Positions 19,701 to 32,104 of a stretch of DNA of 64,000 bases are shown piece by piece (positions within the stretch are counted from its first letter, which is position 1; every line of letters begins with the position of its first letter). Origin of the DNA: an uncultured Gammaproteobacteria bacterium (GTDB lineage Bacteria > Pseudomonadota > Gammaproteobacteria > UBA4575); assembly GCA_905479295.1 (NCBI GenBank), contig CAJQLY010000002.1:7812-71811 (forward strand), given 5' to 3'. A program made the position numbers and the translations under genes. The notes below the pieces were generated by a model. It was given only the letters and a program-made list of their open reading frames with translations, was not told the origin of the DNA and did not search any database.

Positions 19701-20441
19701 TTAAATGCAGCTGTTCAAGTCGCCATGTTGTGCCTGAAGTAGGCTAAGTAATGAAATAACCGCAGTCTCTAAGCGTAGGATGCGCGGCCCCATTCTTATA
19801 GGCTGGAAGTCATGCTGTTCAGCTAATACGACTTCATCTGGATTAAAGCCACCTTCAGGACCAATCAGACAGCTGATGCTTTGTACCGTCTGTGTCGGTG
19901 TATGTGCGCGAGTTGCGGTTGGTGAGGCAATTAACTTCAGACTATCACTGGAACAGCTGAGTAAGGCTTGCTGAAACGGTACCGGTTGATTTAGTTGTGG
20001 CAGCTTGGCGCGGCCAGATTGTTCACAAGCGCTTTGAATGACACCTTGCCAATGTGCAATTTTTTTCTCTAAGCGATTGGCGGGTAGGTTGACGTTAACC
20101 CGTGAGCTGATGAAGGGTGTGATTTGTGTGACCCCAAGTTCAGTTGCCTTTTGTAGGCAGAGGTCAAATTTGTCGCCTGCACATAAGGGCTGTAATAGAT
20201 GCAGTTGTAAGGCTGATTCTGTATGGCTAGTTTGCGCTTGTTGCAGTTGTACGCACACACTTTTTTTCTGCACGTCTACCAGTTCAGCTGAATAGTCATT
20301 GCCATCACCATTAAACATAATGACCGGATGACCTGCGGTTAGACGCAGGACGTCACGAACATATTTGGCGATACCATCATTCAGTTCAATTATGGTATCT
20401 GCACGCAACTCTGCAGTTGTAAAAATTCTAGAGATGCGCAC
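19701..20441 (-). CDS. rsmE: 16S rRNA (uracil1498-N3)-methyltransferase RsmE
   Basis: 246 aa, RsmE family pattern (PUA-like N-terminus, SPOUT C-terminus). Confidence 0.8.
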   Translation of the reverse strand: MRISRIFTTAELRADTIIELNDGIAKYVRDVLRLTAGHPVIMFNGDGNDYSAELVDVQKKSVCVQLQQAQTSHTESALQLHLLQPLCAGDKFDLCLQKATELGVTQITPFISSRVNVNLPANRLEKKIAHWQGVIQSACEQSGRAKLPQLNQPVPFQQALLSCSSDSLKLIASPTATRAHTPTQTVQSISCLIGPEGGFNPDEVVLAEQHDFQPIRMGPRILRLETAVISLLSLLQAQHGDLNSCI

Positions 20442-20469
20442 AGCAGGCTAATTTTAGCAGGGTAGAAGT

Positions 20470-21783
20470 TTAGTAGCGGTAGTGGTTGGCTTTGTATGGG
20501 CCAGCAACGTTAAGGCCTAAGTAGTCTGCCTGTTCTTTACTTAAGGCAGTCAGTTTCACGCCAATCTGTTCTAAGTGTAGGCGTGCGACCTCTTCATCCA
20601 GATGCTTCGGTAGGATGTAGACCTGATTTTGATAGTCGTCTTCATGTTCCCAAAGTTCTAGCTGCGCTAAGACTTGGTTGGTGAAAGAGTTCGACATAAC
20701 AAAGCTTGGGTGGCCAGTGCCACAGCCAAGGTTCACTAGGCGGCCTTTGGCTAGCAGGATGATACGTTTGCCATCAGGGAAGATTACGTGATCGACCTGT
20801 GGCTTAATCTCATCCCATTCATAGTTTTCAAGGCTGGCGACATCAATCTCATTATCAAAATGACCGATGTTACAAACGATTGCTTGGTTTTTCATTGCAA
20901 GCATATGGTCATGGGTGATGACGTTATAGTTGCCGGTAGCGGTAACAAAGATATCGGCATCGCCACAAGCATCATTCATGGTGACTACGCGGTAGCCTTC
21001 CATTGCAGCCTGTAGTGCACAGATAGGATCGATCTCGGTGACCCAGACGGTAGCGCCTAGACCACGCAAGGACTGTGCAGAACCTTTGCCGACATCACCA
21101 TAGCCACAGACGATGGCAATCTTGCCAGCAATCATCACATCGGTAGCACGTTTGATACCATCGACTAATGATTCACGGCAGCCGTATAGATTATCAAATT
21201 TTGACTTGGTGACGGAATCATTGACATTGATTGCTGGAATCAATAACTCATCCTTTTCAAGCATTTCGTACAGGCGCATAACACCGGTAGTGGTTTCTTC
21301 AGAAACACCTTTGACATCAGCTAGTAGTTCTGGGTATTTATCATGCAGAACCTTAGTCAGGTCGCCGCCATCATCTAATAAGAGATTAGGCTTCCAACCT
21401 TTAGGGGCATGGATGGTGCGCTCTATGCACCACTCGTATTCTTCTTCAGTTTCACCTTTCCAAGCAAACACTGGGATACCAGCTTGAGCCATTGCTGCCG
21501 CTGCATGATCTTGTGTTGAGAAAATATTACAAGAAGACCAGCGCACTTCGGCACCCAGCTCAATAAGGGTTTCGATTAGTACCGCTGTCTGAATGGTCAT
21601 ATGTAGGCAACCTAGGATACGGGCGCCTTGTAATGGTTTCTTTGCGGCATGTTTTGTACGCAAGGCTATTAGCCCGGGCATCTCAGTTTCAGCGATGGCG
21701 ATTTCTTTACGACCCCAGTCGGCAAGCGATAGGTCAGCAACTTTAAAATCTTCCATATGGTCGTGCAGCGATTCAATATTCAT
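20470..21783 (-). CDS. ahcY: adenosylhomocysteinase
   Basis: 437 aa; NAD-binding GYGDVGKG; conserved AhcY N-terminus. Confidence 0.9.
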   Translation of the reverse strand: MNIESLHDHMEDFKVADLSLADWGRKEIAIAETEMPGLIALRTKHAAKKPLQGARILGCLHMTIQTAVLIETLIELGAEVRWSSCNIFSTQDHAAAAMAQAGIPVFAWKGETEEEYEWCIERTIHAPKGWKPNLLLDDGGDLTKVLHDKYPELLADVKGVSEETTTGVMRLYEMLEKDELLIPAINVNDSVTKSKFDNLYGCRESLVDGIKRATDVMIAGKIAIVCGYGDVGKGSAQSLRGLGATVWVTEIDPICALQAAMEGYRVVTMNDACGDADIFVTATGNYNVITHDHMLAMKNQAIVCNIGHFDNEIDVASLENYEWDEIKPQVDHVIFPDGKRIILLAKGRLVNLGCGTGHPSFVMSNSFTNQVLAQLELWEHEDDYQNQVYILPKHLDEEVARLHLEQIGVKLTALSKEQADYLGLNVAGPYKANHYRY

Positions 21784-21823
21784 ATCTATAATTCTCTACG
21801 GGTAGTGGCTTTTAGGGTTAGCT

Positions 21824-22975
21824 TTAAGCCTGTTGTAGTGCATCTACTTTGTCTGTTTTTTCCCAACTAAATTCAGGCTCGGTACGACCAAAGTGACCGT
21901 AACTCGCAGTGTTGCGATAAATAGGGCGTTTTAGGTTGAGCATATTCAAGATGCCATAAGGGCTTAAATCGAACACCTCATTTACAATCGCCTCTAACTT
22001 TTCATCGCCTATGATACCAGTGCCGAAGGTGTTTATAGAAATAGAAGTGGGCTTGGCGACACCGATTGCATAGGACACCTGGATTTCACAGCGCTGAGCA
22101 AGGCCTGCAGCAACGATATTTTTCGCTACATAACGGCCGGCATAGGCGGCTGAACGGTCGACTTTACTTGGATCTTTGCCAGAGAAAGCCCCGCCACCAT
22201 GGCGTGCCATGCCGCCATAGGTATCGACAATAATCTTACGTCCAGTCAGACCACAGTCACCAACGGGGCCACCGATAACGAATTTACCGGTCGGGTTAAT
22301 ATGGAACTGAGTGTCTTTATTTATCCATGCGCTGTCTAAAACAGGTTTAATGATCTGTTCAAGAACTGCTTCTTTTAAATCTTTCTGGCTGATTTCTGGG
22401 CTATGTTGTGTCGATAGCACTACTGCATCAATGCTGGTCGGTTGATTGTCTTCGTAGCGAAAGGTGATCTGACTCTTGGCATCTGGACGTAACCAGGACA
22501 ATTCACCGGACTTGCGTAATTCTGCCTGACGTTTCACTAAGCGGTGGGCATAAGTGATGGGGGCTGGCATTAAGACATCGGTCTCGTTGCTGGCGTAGCC
22601 AAACATTAGGCCTTGGTCACCAGCGCCTTGGCTCTCTTCAGTATCACGATCGACACCCTGTGCGATATCGACAGACTGTTCACCTAGGGCATTAATCACT
22701 GCGCAGGTGTGGCCATCAAAGCCCTTTTCGGTATGGTCATAGCCGATCTCATTGATAACGTTGCGGACTATTGGCTCGACATCGATGCTTGCGCTAGTGG
22801 AAATTTCACCTGCGAGTATGACCATGCCGGTCTTCACTAGGGTCTCACAAGCGACTCTGGCATTCGGGTCCTGCTCTAAGATGGCGTCTAGAATTGCATC
22901 GGAGACTTGATCTGCAATCTTATCTGGATGACCCTCAGAAACTGATTCTGATGTAAAGCTATATCGACTACTCAT
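21824..22975 (-). CDS. metK: S-adenosylmethionine synthetase
   Basis: 383 aa; [22 protein letters not shown] and GGGAFSGKD motifs. Confidence 0.92.
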   Translation of the reverse strand: MSSRYSFTSESVSEGHPDKIADQVSDAILDAILEQDPNARVACETLVKTGMVILAGEISTSASIDVEPIVRNVINEIGYDHTEKGFDGHTCAVINALGEQSVDIAQGVDRDTEESQGAGDQGLMFGYASNETDVLMPAPITYAHRLVKRQAELRKSGELSWLRPDAKSQITFRYEDNQPTSIDAVVLSTQHSPEISQKDLKEAVLEQIIKPVLDSAWINKDTQFHINPTGKFVIGGPVGDCGLTGRKIIVDTYGGMARHGGGAFSGKDPSKVDRSAAYAGRYVAKNIVAAGLAQRCEIQVSYAIGVAKPTSISINTFGTGIIGDEKLEAIVNEVFDLSPYGILNMLNLKRPIYRNTASYGHFGRTEPEFSWEKTDKVDALQQA

Positions 22976-23199
22976 ACTACTACGTCCCTTTAGAAAATCT
23001 GTATCAGTGACTATTTAGATCGGATGTTATTGGCTGGGTGGGATGTGGCGAAGTGCTTGCTACTTCTCAATTATTTTATTCAGGCGCGAGTATACAATGC
23101 TGTGCCGGGCACTGGAATACTACACTTGGGTTGGTGTACTGATTTTACAATAGGTTTCCTTGTATGCTGAGATGAACATAAAGTAAGGATGGATAGGGT

Positions 23200-23760
23200 A
23201 TGGCAAAAACAGCTTCTAGGATGATTCCTCTAGGGACGATAGCACCTAAATTCGAGCTTTTCGATGTTGTATCGCAGGAGATGAGGGGTTTTGACCGACT
23301 TGTTGGTGCAGCGGCTACGGTCGTTATGTTTATCTGTAATCACTGCCCTTTTGTCCACCATGTGCGACCAGAGCTGGTGGCAATGTCTGATGAATATCAG
23401 AACAAGGGTGTGCAATTCATCGCAATCAATTCAAATGATGTACAACATTACCCTGATGATTCTCCGGCATTAATGCAGGTTGAGGCGACTGAGCAGGGTT
23501 ATCACTTTCCTTATCTTTATGATGAAGAGCAAACAGTGGCACGGGCCTATGGTGCTGAATGCACACCAGATTTCTTTGTTTTTGATGCGCAGCAAGCCTG
23601 TGTCTACCGTGGTCAGCTAGATGATTCTCGTCCGGGTAATGACGTCATTTTAAGTGGCTCAGATTTGCGTGCAGCACTGAATAATATATTGGCTCAGATT
23701 CCGGTCGATGCCAACCAAAAGCCTAGTATTGGTTGTAATATTAAGTGGAAGCAGACTTAA
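23200..23760 (+). CDS. thioredoxin-fold family protein (thiol-disulfide oxidoreductase-like)
   Basis: 186 aa. C-x-x-C active-site-like motif (NHCPFV) in a thioredoxin-like fold pattern. Confidence 0.55.
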   Translation: MAKTASRMIPLGTIAPKFELFDVVSQEMRGFDRLVGAAATVVMFICNHCPFVHHVRPELVAMSDEYQNKGVQFIAINSNDVQHYPDDSPALMQVEATEQGYHFPYLYDEEQTVARAYGAECTPDFFVFDAQQACVYRGQLDDSRPGNDVILSGSDLRAALNNILAQIPVDANQKPSIGCNIKWKQT

Positions 23761-23950
23761 ACGACGATTATGTCGCTTTAGCCCACTGCTTAAGCTTGCG
23801 GCTGACTAGTAAGTCATGGAAAATACTCGCCGCCAAACCCATTGCCGTAGACCCCTTATATAAGGTGTCGCGATCAGCAGCGTAAATAGACGTTGATCGA
23901 GTCCTAACTGACTGCTGCAGTCACTATTAACCTCAACCGAAATTGAGATT

Positions 23951-25942
23951 GTGGAAAACCGAAAAGAGCTAGCAAACGCTATACGTGCCCTCAGTATGGA
24001 TGCTGTGCAGAAGGCGAATTCTGGTCACCCTGGTGCCCCTATGGGCATGGCTGATATTGCTGAAGTGTTGTGGCGTAAGTATTTACGGCATAACCCAAAC
24101 GACCCTAAATGGCCTAACCGCGACCGATTTGTCCTGTCTAATGGTCATGGATCGATGCTGATTTACTCTTTGCTGCATTTGAGCGGCTACGAGTTGAGCA
24201 TTGATGATATTAAAGATTTTCGCCAGCTGCATTCAAAAACCCCAGGTCATCCAGAAGTGGATGAAACACCGGGTGTTGAAACGACTACTGGTCCGTTAGG
24301 CCAGGGTTTAGCTAATGCCGTCGGTATGGCAATGGCAGAAAAGATTCTTGCGCAGCAGTTTAACCAAGAGGGGCATGAAGTTGTTGATCACTATACTTAC
24401 GTGTTTGTTGGTGACGGCTGTTTAATGGAAGGGGTGTCACATGAAGTGTCCTCTTTAGCCGGTACATTGAACCTGGGTAAGTTGATTGTCTTTTATGACA
24501 ACAATGGCATTTCAATCGATGGCGAGGTTGATGGTTGGTTTACTGAAGACATTCCAAAACGCTTTGAATCGTATGGCTGGCAAGTTGTCCGTGATGTCGA
24601 TGGTCATGATGCCGCCGATGTCGAGCAGGCAATTGAGCAGGCTCGTAGTAATACTCAGCAACCAACATTAATCGATTGTAAAACAATTATTGGTTGGGGT
24701 TCGCCGAACAAGCAGGGTGACGAAGGCTGTCATGGTGCCCCATTAGGTGACGAAGAAATTAAGCTGGCACGGGAGGTTATGAACTGGCCACATGCGCCGT
24801 TTGAGATTCCTCAGACAGTCGCTAAGGCTTGGGATGCACGCCCTGCAGGTGCTGTGCAACAGCAAGCTTGGCAAGAAAAGTTTGATGCTTATGCTGCCGC
24901 TCACCAAGAGTTATCGGCTGAATTCACACGCCGTTTGCAAGGGCTGTTACCAGCAGAATGGCAGACAGCCATGATGACTGCGATTGAAGCGACGGTTGCC
25001 GAGGGCAAGACTGTGGCGACACGTAAGGCCTCTGAATTAGCTTTGAATGCATTAGGGCCTATACTACCTGAATTATTGGGTGGCTCTGCTGACCTAACTG
25101 GCTCCAATAATACTTGGTGGCAAGGCTGTAAATCGATTACTGCAAACGATGCCTCTGGTAACTATATTCATTATGGTGTGCGCGAATTTGGTATGTCGGC
25201 GATTATGAATGGTATCGCACTGTACGGTGGGTTCATTCCTTATAGCGGTACCTTCCTAACGTTTTCTGATTACGCCCGTAACGCGGTACGTATGTCCGCA
25301 TTGATGAATACACACTGTCTGTTTGTATACAGTCATGATTCAGTCGGTCTAGGTGAAGACGGCCCTACTCATCAACCGGTAGAGCATGTTGCTAGTTTGC
25401 GTGGCATTCCTAATATGACCCTATGGCGTCCCTGTGACACAGTGGAATCGTTGGTTGCATGGAAGACAGCGGTTGAAGCCAAGCGTCCGGCTTGTTTAAT
25501 CCTTTCACGTCAAGGTGTGCCGTTTATTCCTCGAGCGCAAAAGCAAATTGATGCGATTGCTCGTGGTGGTTATGTATTGTTTGAAAGTGAAAATGAGCTA
25601 CAGGTCATTATTATCGCAACTGGAACTGAAGTCGGTATCGCACTAGAAGCTGCACAGCAGCTTGCTGAGCAAAATGTAGGTGTGCGATTAGTGTCTATGC
25701 CTAGCGCTGAGACCTTCAGTATGCAAAGTGATGACTACCGTGAGCAGGTGTTACCAATGGCCATGCGTGCACGTCTAGCTGTTGAAGCGGGAACTAGTGA
25801 CTATTGGCGTAAGTTTGTTGGTATCGATGGTGACGTTATTGGAGTTGATCAGTTTGGTGCATCAGCACCAGGCCCAGTGCTGATGAAGCACTATGGTTTC
25901 ACTATTGAAAACATTGTGCAGCGCGCACAAAAACTAATTTAA
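23951..25942 (+). CDS. tkt: transketolase
   Basis: 663 aa; [24 protein letters not shown], and [11 protein letters not shown] motif. Confidence 0.92.
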   Translation: MENRKELANAIRALSMDAVQKANSGHPGAPMGMADIAEVLWRKYLRHNPNDPKWPNRDRFVLSNGHGSMLIYSLLHLSGYELSIDDIKDFRQLHSKTPGHPEVDETPGVETTTGPLGQGLANAVGMAMAEKILAQQFNQEGHEVVDHYTYVFVGDGCLMEGVSHEVSSLAGTLNLGKLIVFYDNNGISIDGEVDGWFTEDIPKRFESYGWQVVRDVDGHDAADVEQAIEQARSNTQQPTLIDCKTIIGWGSPNKQGDEGCHGAPLGDEEIKLAREVMNWPHAPFEIPQTVAKAWDARPAGAVQQQAWQEKFDAYAAAHQELSAEFTRRLQGLLPAEWQTAMMTAIEATVAEGKTVATRKASELALNALGPILPELLGGSADLTGSNNTWWQGCKSITANDASGNYIHYGVREFGMSAIMNGIALYGGFIPYSGTFLTFSDYARNAVRMSALMNTHCLFVYSHDSVGLGEDGPTHQPVEHVASLRGIPNMTLWRPCDTVESLVAWKTAVEAKRPACLILSRQGVPFIPRAQKQIDAIARGGYVLFESENELQVIIIATGTEVGIALEAAQQLAEQNVGVRLVSMPSAETFSMQSDDYREQVLPMAMRARLAVEAGTSDYWRKFVGIDGDVIGVDQFGASAPGPVLMKHYGFTIENIVQRAQKLI

Positions 25943-25969
25943 TTTTAAGAGATATAAGGAAGATAGATC

Positions 25970-26983
25970 ATGACAATTAGAGTCGCTATTAACGGCTATG
26001 GCCGCATTGGACGAAACATCCTACGTGCTTTATATGAAGCAGGTCGTACTGATGAAATTAAAATCGTTGCGATCAATGATTTGGGTGATGCTGCAACTAA
26101 TGCGCATTTAACTAAGTTCGATACAGCACATGGCACGTTTAACCATGATGTTAGCTTGGACGGTGATGACATCGTGATTGATGGTGATCGTATTAAGGCT
26201 TGTTGTGAACGTGATCCATCTAAGTTGCCATGGAAAGCGCTTGAGGTTGATGTTGTGCTTGAGTCTACTGGTTTCTTTGCTAGTAAAGAAAAGGCCTCAG
26301 CACATTTAGTTGCTGGTGCAAAGAAAGTTGTGATCTCAGCGCCAGGCGGCAGTGATGTCGATGCCACTATTGTCTATGGTGTTAACCATGACTTACTAAA
26401 AGCTTCAGATACTGTTATTTCAAATGCATCTTGTACTACTAACTGTTTGGCACCTTTAGTCAAAACGTTGAACGACGGTATTGGTGTTGAGTGTGGTCTG
26501 ATGACTACGATTCATGCTTACACTAATGATCAAGTGCTGACTGATGTCTATCACTCTGACTTGCGTCGTGCGCGTTCTGCTACCCAATCAATGATTCCAA
26601 CTAAGACCGGTGCGGCAGCAGCAGTTGGTTTAGTATTGCCAGAAATGAATGGCAAGCTTGATGGTTTTTCTATGCGCGTACCAACCATTAATGTCTCTGT
26701 TGTTGATCTGAGCTTTACTGCTTCGCGTAATACGACAGAAGAAGAAATCAATGAAGTAATGAAGACAGCAGCTACTGGTTCAATGAAAGGTGTTTTGGAT
26801 TATAACACGCTGCCATTGGTGTCATGTGATTTTAATCATAACCCTGCATCATCAGTATTTGATGCGAGTCTGACTAAGGTGATGAACGGTAACCTTGTGA
26901 AAGTTTTATCTTGGTATGACAACGAGTGGGGTTTCTCAAACCGTATGCTTGATACTACGATTGCTTTGATGAACGCAAAGTAA
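25970..26983 (+). CDS. gap: type I glyceraldehyde-3-phosphate / erythrose-4-phosphate dehydrogenase (Gap/Epd family)
   Basis: [21 protein letters not shown] and [14 protein letters not shown] motifs. Sits in the epd position after tkt. Confidence 0.88.
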   Translation: MTIRVAINGYGRIGRNILRALYEAGRTDEIKIVAINDLGDAATNAHLTKFDTAHGTFNHDVSLDGDDIVIDGDRIKACCERDPSKLPWKALEVDVVLESTGFFASKEKASAHLVAGAKKVVISAPGGSDVDATIVYGVNHDLLKASDTVISNASCTTNCLAPLVKTLNDGIGVECGLMTTIHAYTNDQVLTDVYHSDLRRARSATQSMIPTKTGAAAAVGLVLPEMNGKLDGFSMRVPTINVSVVDLSFTASRNTTEEEINEVMKTAATGSMKGVLDYNTLPLVSCDFNHNPASSVFDASLTKVMNGNLVKVLSWYDNEWGFSNRMLDTTIALMNAK

Positions 26984-26994
26984 GTTAATCGATA

Positions 26995-28185
26995 ATGTCC
27001 TCAGTAACGCATATGAATGAACTTGAATTGGCTGCTAAGCGTGTGCTGATTCGAGAAGATCTTAATGTTCCTGTGAAAGATGGCGTGATCAGTAATGACG
27101 CACGTATTCGTGCTGCCTTGCCAAGCATACAAGCTGCCTTGGATGCTGGTGCAGCAGTGATGTTGATGTCACATTTAGGTCGCCCAACAGAGGGTGAGTA
27201 TTCTGCTGAGTATTCATTACAACCAGTAGCTGATGCCTTGAGCAAGGCCTTGAATCGTCAAGTGCCTTTAGTCCGTGATTGGATTGATGGTGTAGATGTA
27301 GCTCCTGGTGATTTGGTATTGCTAGAGAACGTTCGTTTCTTGACGGGCGAGAAGAAATCATCTGCTGAGCTATCAAAAAAAATGGCTGCACTTTGCGATA
27401 TTTTTGTGATGGACGCCTTTGGTACTGCGCATAGGGCGCAGGCATCTACTCATGGTGTTGCAGAGTATGCCGACGAGGTATGTGCTGGCCCATTATTAAC
27501 AGCTGAACTTAATGCGTTAGAGCAAGCCTTGAAAAAACCTTCGCCACCGATGGTTGCGATTGTTGGTGGTTCTAAAGTGTCGACTAAGTTGGCCTTGCTT
27601 GAACAATTAATCGACCGAGTGGATCAGTTAGTTGTTGGTGGTGGTATTGCGAATACATTTATTGCAGCAGCAGGCTATTCGGTAGGTCAGTCTCTATATG
27701 AGGCTGATTTGGTGCCGGTAGCAGCGAAGCTGATTGAGCAGGCTAATGCACGCGGTGCACAGGTGCCGATACCGACTGATGTCGTTTGTGCTAAAGCATT
27801 TTCATCAGACGCCGCTGCTGAAGTTAAAGCGGTGAGTGATATTGCAGTAGATGATTTGGTTTTAGATATAGGCCCAGAAAGTGCGAAACATCTAGCGAGC
27901 TTGATGGCTGATGCCGGCACTATTGTTTGGAATGGGCCAGTTGGTGTTTTTGAATTTACACAGTTTGCAGATGGCACACGTGTACTCGGCGATGCAATTG
28001 CAAACAGTCAGGCGTTTTCGATTGCAGGTGGTGGTGATACTGTCGCTGCAATTGATAAATTTAATTTAAGTGAGAATATTTCTTATATCTCAACCGGCGG
28101 TGGTGCCTTCCTTGAGTTTTTAGAGGGAAAGACTTTACCGGCAGTTGATATTTTGCAAAAACGAAAAGGACAGCTCGTCACATGA
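26995..28185 (+). CDS. pgk: phosphoglycerate kinase
   Basis: 396 aa; [11 protein letters not shown]; the GGGA...GG hinge. Confidence 0.92.
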   Translation: MSSVTHMNELELAAKRVLIREDLNVPVKDGVISNDARIRAALPSIQAALDAGAAVMLMSHLGRPTEGEYSAEYSLQPVADALSKALNRQVPLVRDWIDGVDVAPGDLVLLENVRFLTGEKKSSAELSKKMAALCDIFVMDAFGTAHRAQASTHGVAEYADEVCAGPLLTAELNALEQALKKPSPPMVAIVGGSKVSTKLALLEQLIDRVDQLVVGGGIANTFIAAAGYSVGQSLYEADLVPVAAKLIEQANARGAQVPIPTDVVCAKAFSSDAAAEVKAVSDIAVDDLVLDIGPESAKHLASLMADAGTIVWNGPVGVFEFTQFADGTRVLGDAIANSQAFSIAGGGDTVAAIDKFNLSENISYISTGGGAFLEFLEGKTLPAVDILQKRKGQLVT

Positions 28186-29645
28186 TGCAGCGTAGAACTA
28201 AGATTATCGCCACCCTAGGTCCGGCGACCGATGATGAGCAAGTAATTGCCGATATCATAGAGGCGGGTGTCAATTTAGTCCGGCTCAACTTCTCGCATGG
28301 TAGCTTTGATGAGCACCGTATTCGAGTAGAGCGTGTACGTAAAGTATGTGCTGAGAGGAATTACCATGTTGGTATCCTCGGTGATTTGCAAGGTGCAAAG
28401 ATTCGAGTAGGTCGATTTAAAGATGGCAAGATTATGCTGGCAGTAGGGGATGAATTTATCCTTGATGCAGATCTAGATTTAGATGCCGGTAATCAAGAAG
28501 TAGTGGGCTTAACTTATAAAGAATTGATTCAGGATATCGTTGTTGGCGATAAACTTTTATTAGACGATGGTCGTATTATTCTCGCGGTCGATGAGATTAC
28601 AGGCAATCGTGTTAAGACTACAGTTGATGTCGGTGGCGAGCTATCCAGTAGTAAGGGTATTAACCGCATGGGTGGTGGTCTTTCGGCAGCTGCACTGACT
28701 GAAAAAGATCGTGAAGATATATTGCATGCAGCAGCACTTGATGTTGATTATCTGGCGGTGTCTTTTGTTAAGACTGCCGATGATGTTTATCTAGCACGTA
28801 AGCTGCTACAAGAAGCCGGTGGTGATGCTGGTATCGTTGCTAAGATTGAGCGTGCAGAAGCACTCGACATGATTGATGAGATCATGGAAGCGTCAGAAGT
28901 TATTATGATTGCACGTGGTGATCTGGGTGTTGAGATTGGTGATGCTGATGTCCCTGGTGTGCAGAAGTCCTTGATCTCTAGAGCGCGAGAAACAAAGTGC
29001 TTAGTAATTACAGCAACACAGATGATGGAATCAATGATTACTAATACGATTCCAACACGTGCAGAGATGTCTGATGTGGCGAATGCTGTATTAGATGGAA
29101 CTGACGCTGTGATGTTATCAGGTGAGACTGCAGTAGGTGCTTATCCTGTTGAGGTGGTCGAAGCGATGAGTCGTGTGTGTCTAGCCTCTGAACGTCAAGA
29201 TTTGCTGCGATTTCAAACTGAACGCCATGAACCTAGTGTTGATCGCGTAGACGAAGGAATTGCAATGTCGGCTATGTTTTTAGCGAATCATTTAAATGTC
29301 ACTGCTATTGCAGCTCTGACTGAATCTGGTTCAACCGCTTTGTGGATGTCACGTATTAACTCAACTATTCCGGTGTATGCCTTTACACGTCATGTGAAAA
29401 GTTTACATCGTGTGACATTGTATCGTGGCGTCTTCCCAGCCTATTTGGACTTTATGGGTAAGACACATGCACAGGTGAATCGCTCTGCAATCGCTGTACT
29501 TCAGCGTTGTAATGAAGTGGAAGAGAATGACTTAGTGATTCTCACTAAGGGTGACTTGATTGGTGTTGATGGAGGGACTAATGCGATGAAGATATTGCGC
29601 GTTGGGCATCTGATTGAAGAAGAGAATGATCCAGAAAGTATTTAA
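28182..29645 (+). CDS. pyk: pyruvate kinase
   Basis: 487 aa; [10 protein letters not shown]; [10 protein letters not shown]. Confidence 0.9.
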   Translation: MMQRRTKIIATLGPATDDEQVIADIIEAGVNLVRLNFSHGSFDEHRIRVERVRKVCAERNYHVGILGDLQGAKIRVGRFKDGKIMLAVGDEFILDADLDLDAGNQEVVGLTYKELIQDIVVGDKLLLDDGRIILAVDEITGNRVKTTVDVGGELSSSKGINRMGGGLSAAALTEKDREDILHAAALDVDYLAVSFVKTADDVYLARKLLQEAGGDAGIVAKIERAEALDMIDEIMEASEVIMIARGDLGVEIGDADVPGVQKSLISRARETKCLVITATQMMESMITNTIPTRAEMSDVANAVLDGTDAVMLSGETAVGAYPVEVVEAMSRVCLASERQDLLRFQTERHEPSVDRVDEGIAMSAMFLANHLNVTAIAALTESGSTALWMSRINSTIPVYAFTRHVKSLHRVTLYRGVFPAYLDFMGKTHAQVNRSAIAVLQRCNEVEENDLVILTKGDLIGVDGGTNAMKILRVGHLIEEENDPESI

Positions 29646-29709
29646 TCATTAGCCAATATGATATTTGTGATTATTATTTAAAGATTAAGATAGTGTTTGG
29701 GAGAGCAGA

Positions 29710-30717
29710 ATGAATATTGAAGAATTAAGACAGACCGCAAGTGCAATGGTTGCACTAGGTAAAGGTATTTTAGCGATGGATGAAAGTCATCCGACCTGTG
29801 GCAAGCGGTTCAAGGCGCTGGGTATTCCAGAGACAGCAGAGATGCGTCAGGCGTATCGCGATATGTTGCTGACTGCTCCGGGTCTATCAGACTACATTGG
29901 TGGTGCGATTTTATTTGATGAGACTATTCGTCAGACATTATTAGATGGCACACCTTTCCCTAAATACATGGAAGCTAACGGCATAGTGCCAGGTATTAAA
30001 GTGGATGCTGGTGCTAAGGTTTTGCCTGGGCATGAAGATGAAAAAATTACAGAAGGCCTTGATGGTCTGCGTGATCGTTTAGCTGAGTACTACACATTAG
30101 GCGCGCGTTTTTCAAAATGGCGTGCAGTCATTACCATCGGTGATCATATGCCGAGTTGGGCCTGTATTGAAGCAAATGCTCATGCCTTAGCGCGTTATGC
30201 TGCACTAAGCCAAGAGGCGAATATTGTGCCTATCGTTGAGCCAGAAGTACTGATGGATGGTAGTCATTCGATTGAACGTTGCTATGAAGTAACTGAGTTA
30301 GCACAGCGCATTACCTTTCAACAACTGCGCAATCAAGGTGTAGCATTAGACGGTATGATCTTGAAGCCTAGCATGGTGATCTCTGGTGCAAATGCCAGTA
30401 ATCGTGCCGATGTGGAAACGGTTGCACGTGAAACAGTGCGGTGCTTATTGAACACAGTTCCAGCATCAGTTGCAGGGATTTCTTTCTTGTCTGGTGGCCA
30501 AAGTGACGAAGAGGCTAGTGCACATCTGAATGCGATGCATAATCTAGGTGTTGATCTACCATGGCCTTTGACCTTTTCTTATGGTCGTGCACTGCAGCAA
30601 GCATCGATGAAGGCTTGGGATGGTAAGGCTGAGAATGTCACAAAAGCACAAGCGATATTGTTAGAGCGTGCAAGTAATAACGGTAAGGCAGCGATGGGTC
30701 AGTACAACCCAGAATAA
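29710..30717 (+). CDS. fba: class I fructose-bisphosphate aldolase
   Basis: 335 aa; Schiff-base class I pattern (GILAMDES...LLDGTPF...KPSMV). Confidence 0.85.
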   Translation: MNIEELRQTASAMVALGKGILAMDESHPTCGKRFKALGIPETAEMRQAYRDMLLTAPGLSDYIGGAILFDETIRQTLLDGTPFPKYMEANGIVPGIKVDAGAKVLPGHEDEKITEGLDGLRDRLAEYYTLGARFSKWRAVITIGDHMPSWACIEANAHALARYAALSQEANIVPIVEPEVLMDGSHSIERCYEVTELAQRITFQQLRNQGVALDGMILKPSMVISGANASNRADVETVARETVRCLLNTVPASVAGISFLSGGQSDEEASAHLNAMHNLGVDLPWPLTFSYGRALQQASMKAWDGKAENVTKAQAILLERASNNGKAAMGQYNPE

Positions 30718-30735
30718 AGGTTGTTAGCTAGCTCT

Positions 30736-30764
30736 AAAAAAGGCCCGCATTGCGGGCCTTTTTA
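30736..30764. terminator. bidirectional rho-independent terminator (A-run, GGCCCGC-att-GCGGGCC, T-run)
   Basis: Perfect GC-rich 7-bp hairpin flanked by A6 and T5, between the convergent fba and bioD genes. Confidence 0.75.
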
Positions 30765-30806
30765 TGTCAGGAATATTTAGCAGTCATAGCTTATCTACTT
30801 CTTCAC

Positions 30807-31484
30807 TTAGCTGCGGATAATCTGTAATAACTTATCCAATGTGTTGGTGGCCTCGTTGGTATTGTAGGGCAGTACGGGTAGCTCTAATCTGGCACTTAAG
30901 TCCGCTAGGTTATCCATTGCGACATCCTCTTTGTCTACAGTCGGAATCTGATTAAAAATGACAGCAAGACACTTTAAGCCACGCGACTCAATTGCAGCTA
31001 AGCTGAGCAAGGCTTGATTAATACAACCTAAGCGATCACGTACAACCAAAAGTACTTGGGCCTGCATGGCTTCGGCTAAATCTGCATTGAGGCCATCGCT
31101 ACATAGTGGGGAATAAAATCCACCAGCACCTTCAACTAATAGCAGTTGATCTGAGGTATTACCTTGGCAAGCCGTCACTAGTTGTTGCACGCTGACAGTT
31201 TCATGTGCTAGTCGTATGGCGCGTTCAGGTGAGATGGCAGGTTCATAGCGATAACGACAGACCTCATCTAGTTCGCAGCTATCAGTACTTGCATTGTGAT
31301 AGGCGCTGACATAATTACTCGCGTCGGCCGGTAGTAGTGCCGTGCCTTGACGTTGGCAGCCAGACTCAATCGGTTTGCGCACACTCAGCTTAAGCCCAGC
31401 CTGTAATAATTTTTCTGTCAGGCGGGTGCCAATAAATGTCTTTCCGACGTCAGTGTCGGTCCCTGTGATAAAAATCGTTTTCAT
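30807..31484 (-). CDS. bioD: dethiobiotin synthetase
   Basis: IFITGTDTDVGKT P-loop; 225 aa. Confidence 0.8.
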   Translation of the reverse strand: MKTIFITGTDTDVGKTFIGTRLTEKLLQAGLKLSVRKPIESGCQRQGTALLPADASNYVSAYHNASTDSCELDEVCRYRYEPAISPERAIRLAHETVSVQQLVTACQGNTSDQLLLVEGAGGFYSPLCSDGLNADLAEAMQAQVLLVVRDRLGCINQALLSLAAIESRGLKCLAVIFNQIPTVDKEDVAMDNLADLSARLELPVLPYNTNEATNTLDKLLQIIRS

Positions 31485-31532
31485 AGGGTGACTAGTGTAA
31501 CGAAGAATGGCTTGGTCCTCAGCTAAATTAGT

Positions 31533-32093
31533 TTGAGAATCTCAAATAAGCGTATGCTATCCAGCATGTTACTTAATCTATATCAGTCGATCATTCTCCA
31601 TTACATACTTATATTTATACTGAGTACCGCCTTGAGCCCAGCATGGGCTGCTGCTGGTATAGGTGATTGGAGTCAGATGTGGGATCGTGAACTAGATCTG
31701 ATCGAGGTCCAATTACTATTCAAGCAGCGAGATTGTGGTCTAACTGACGAGCTGTTTCATGAGGTTGCAGGGCTTGCAGAGTTAAATGAGGTGCTGCCTC
31801 AACAGCAGTTTTTAGCGCGGAACATAGCAGAGAAGCCTAAGGATAAACGTTGGTTCGTGATTGCTAGCGGACAAAAGCCAAACGGTGGCTATGATTTGAG
31901 TCTTGAAGGTTTGTATCCTTACGCAAAGCATAAGGAGCTGTCTTTGATTTGGAGTGAGCCACAGGCAGATCACATTTACACGCAAGCCTTAGTTAGCCCC
32001 TGCTTATTGATTGAATTGTCAGCAGGAGATCGCTTGCCAATCCTCGTGGTTGACTATGAGGGTAACAAGCGACACCGCTTTAATGCAGAGTAA
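31533..32093 (+). CDS. hypothetical secreted protein with PrcB_C-like C-terminal domain
   Basis: N-terminal signal/TM segment. The C-terminal GGYDLSLEG...LPILVVDYEG resembles the protease-complex PrcB C-domain. Weak call. Confidence 0.35.
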   Translation: MRISNKRMLSSMLLNLYQSIILHYILIFILSTALSPAWAAAGIGDWSQMWDRELDLIEVQLLFKQRDCGLTDELFHEVAGLAELNEVLPQQQFLARNIAEKPKDKRWFVIASGQKPNGGYDLSLEGLYPYAKHKELSLIWSEPQADHIYTQALVSPCLLIELSAGDRLPILVVDYEGNKRHRFNAE

Positions 32094-32104
32094 TATCTTG
32101 TTGC

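Noticed and set aside
21784-21823. Looked for an SAH riboswitch upstream of ahcY
   Set aside because: Only 40 nt separate metK and ahcY. There is no room for the ~80-nt aptamer, and no consensus is visible.
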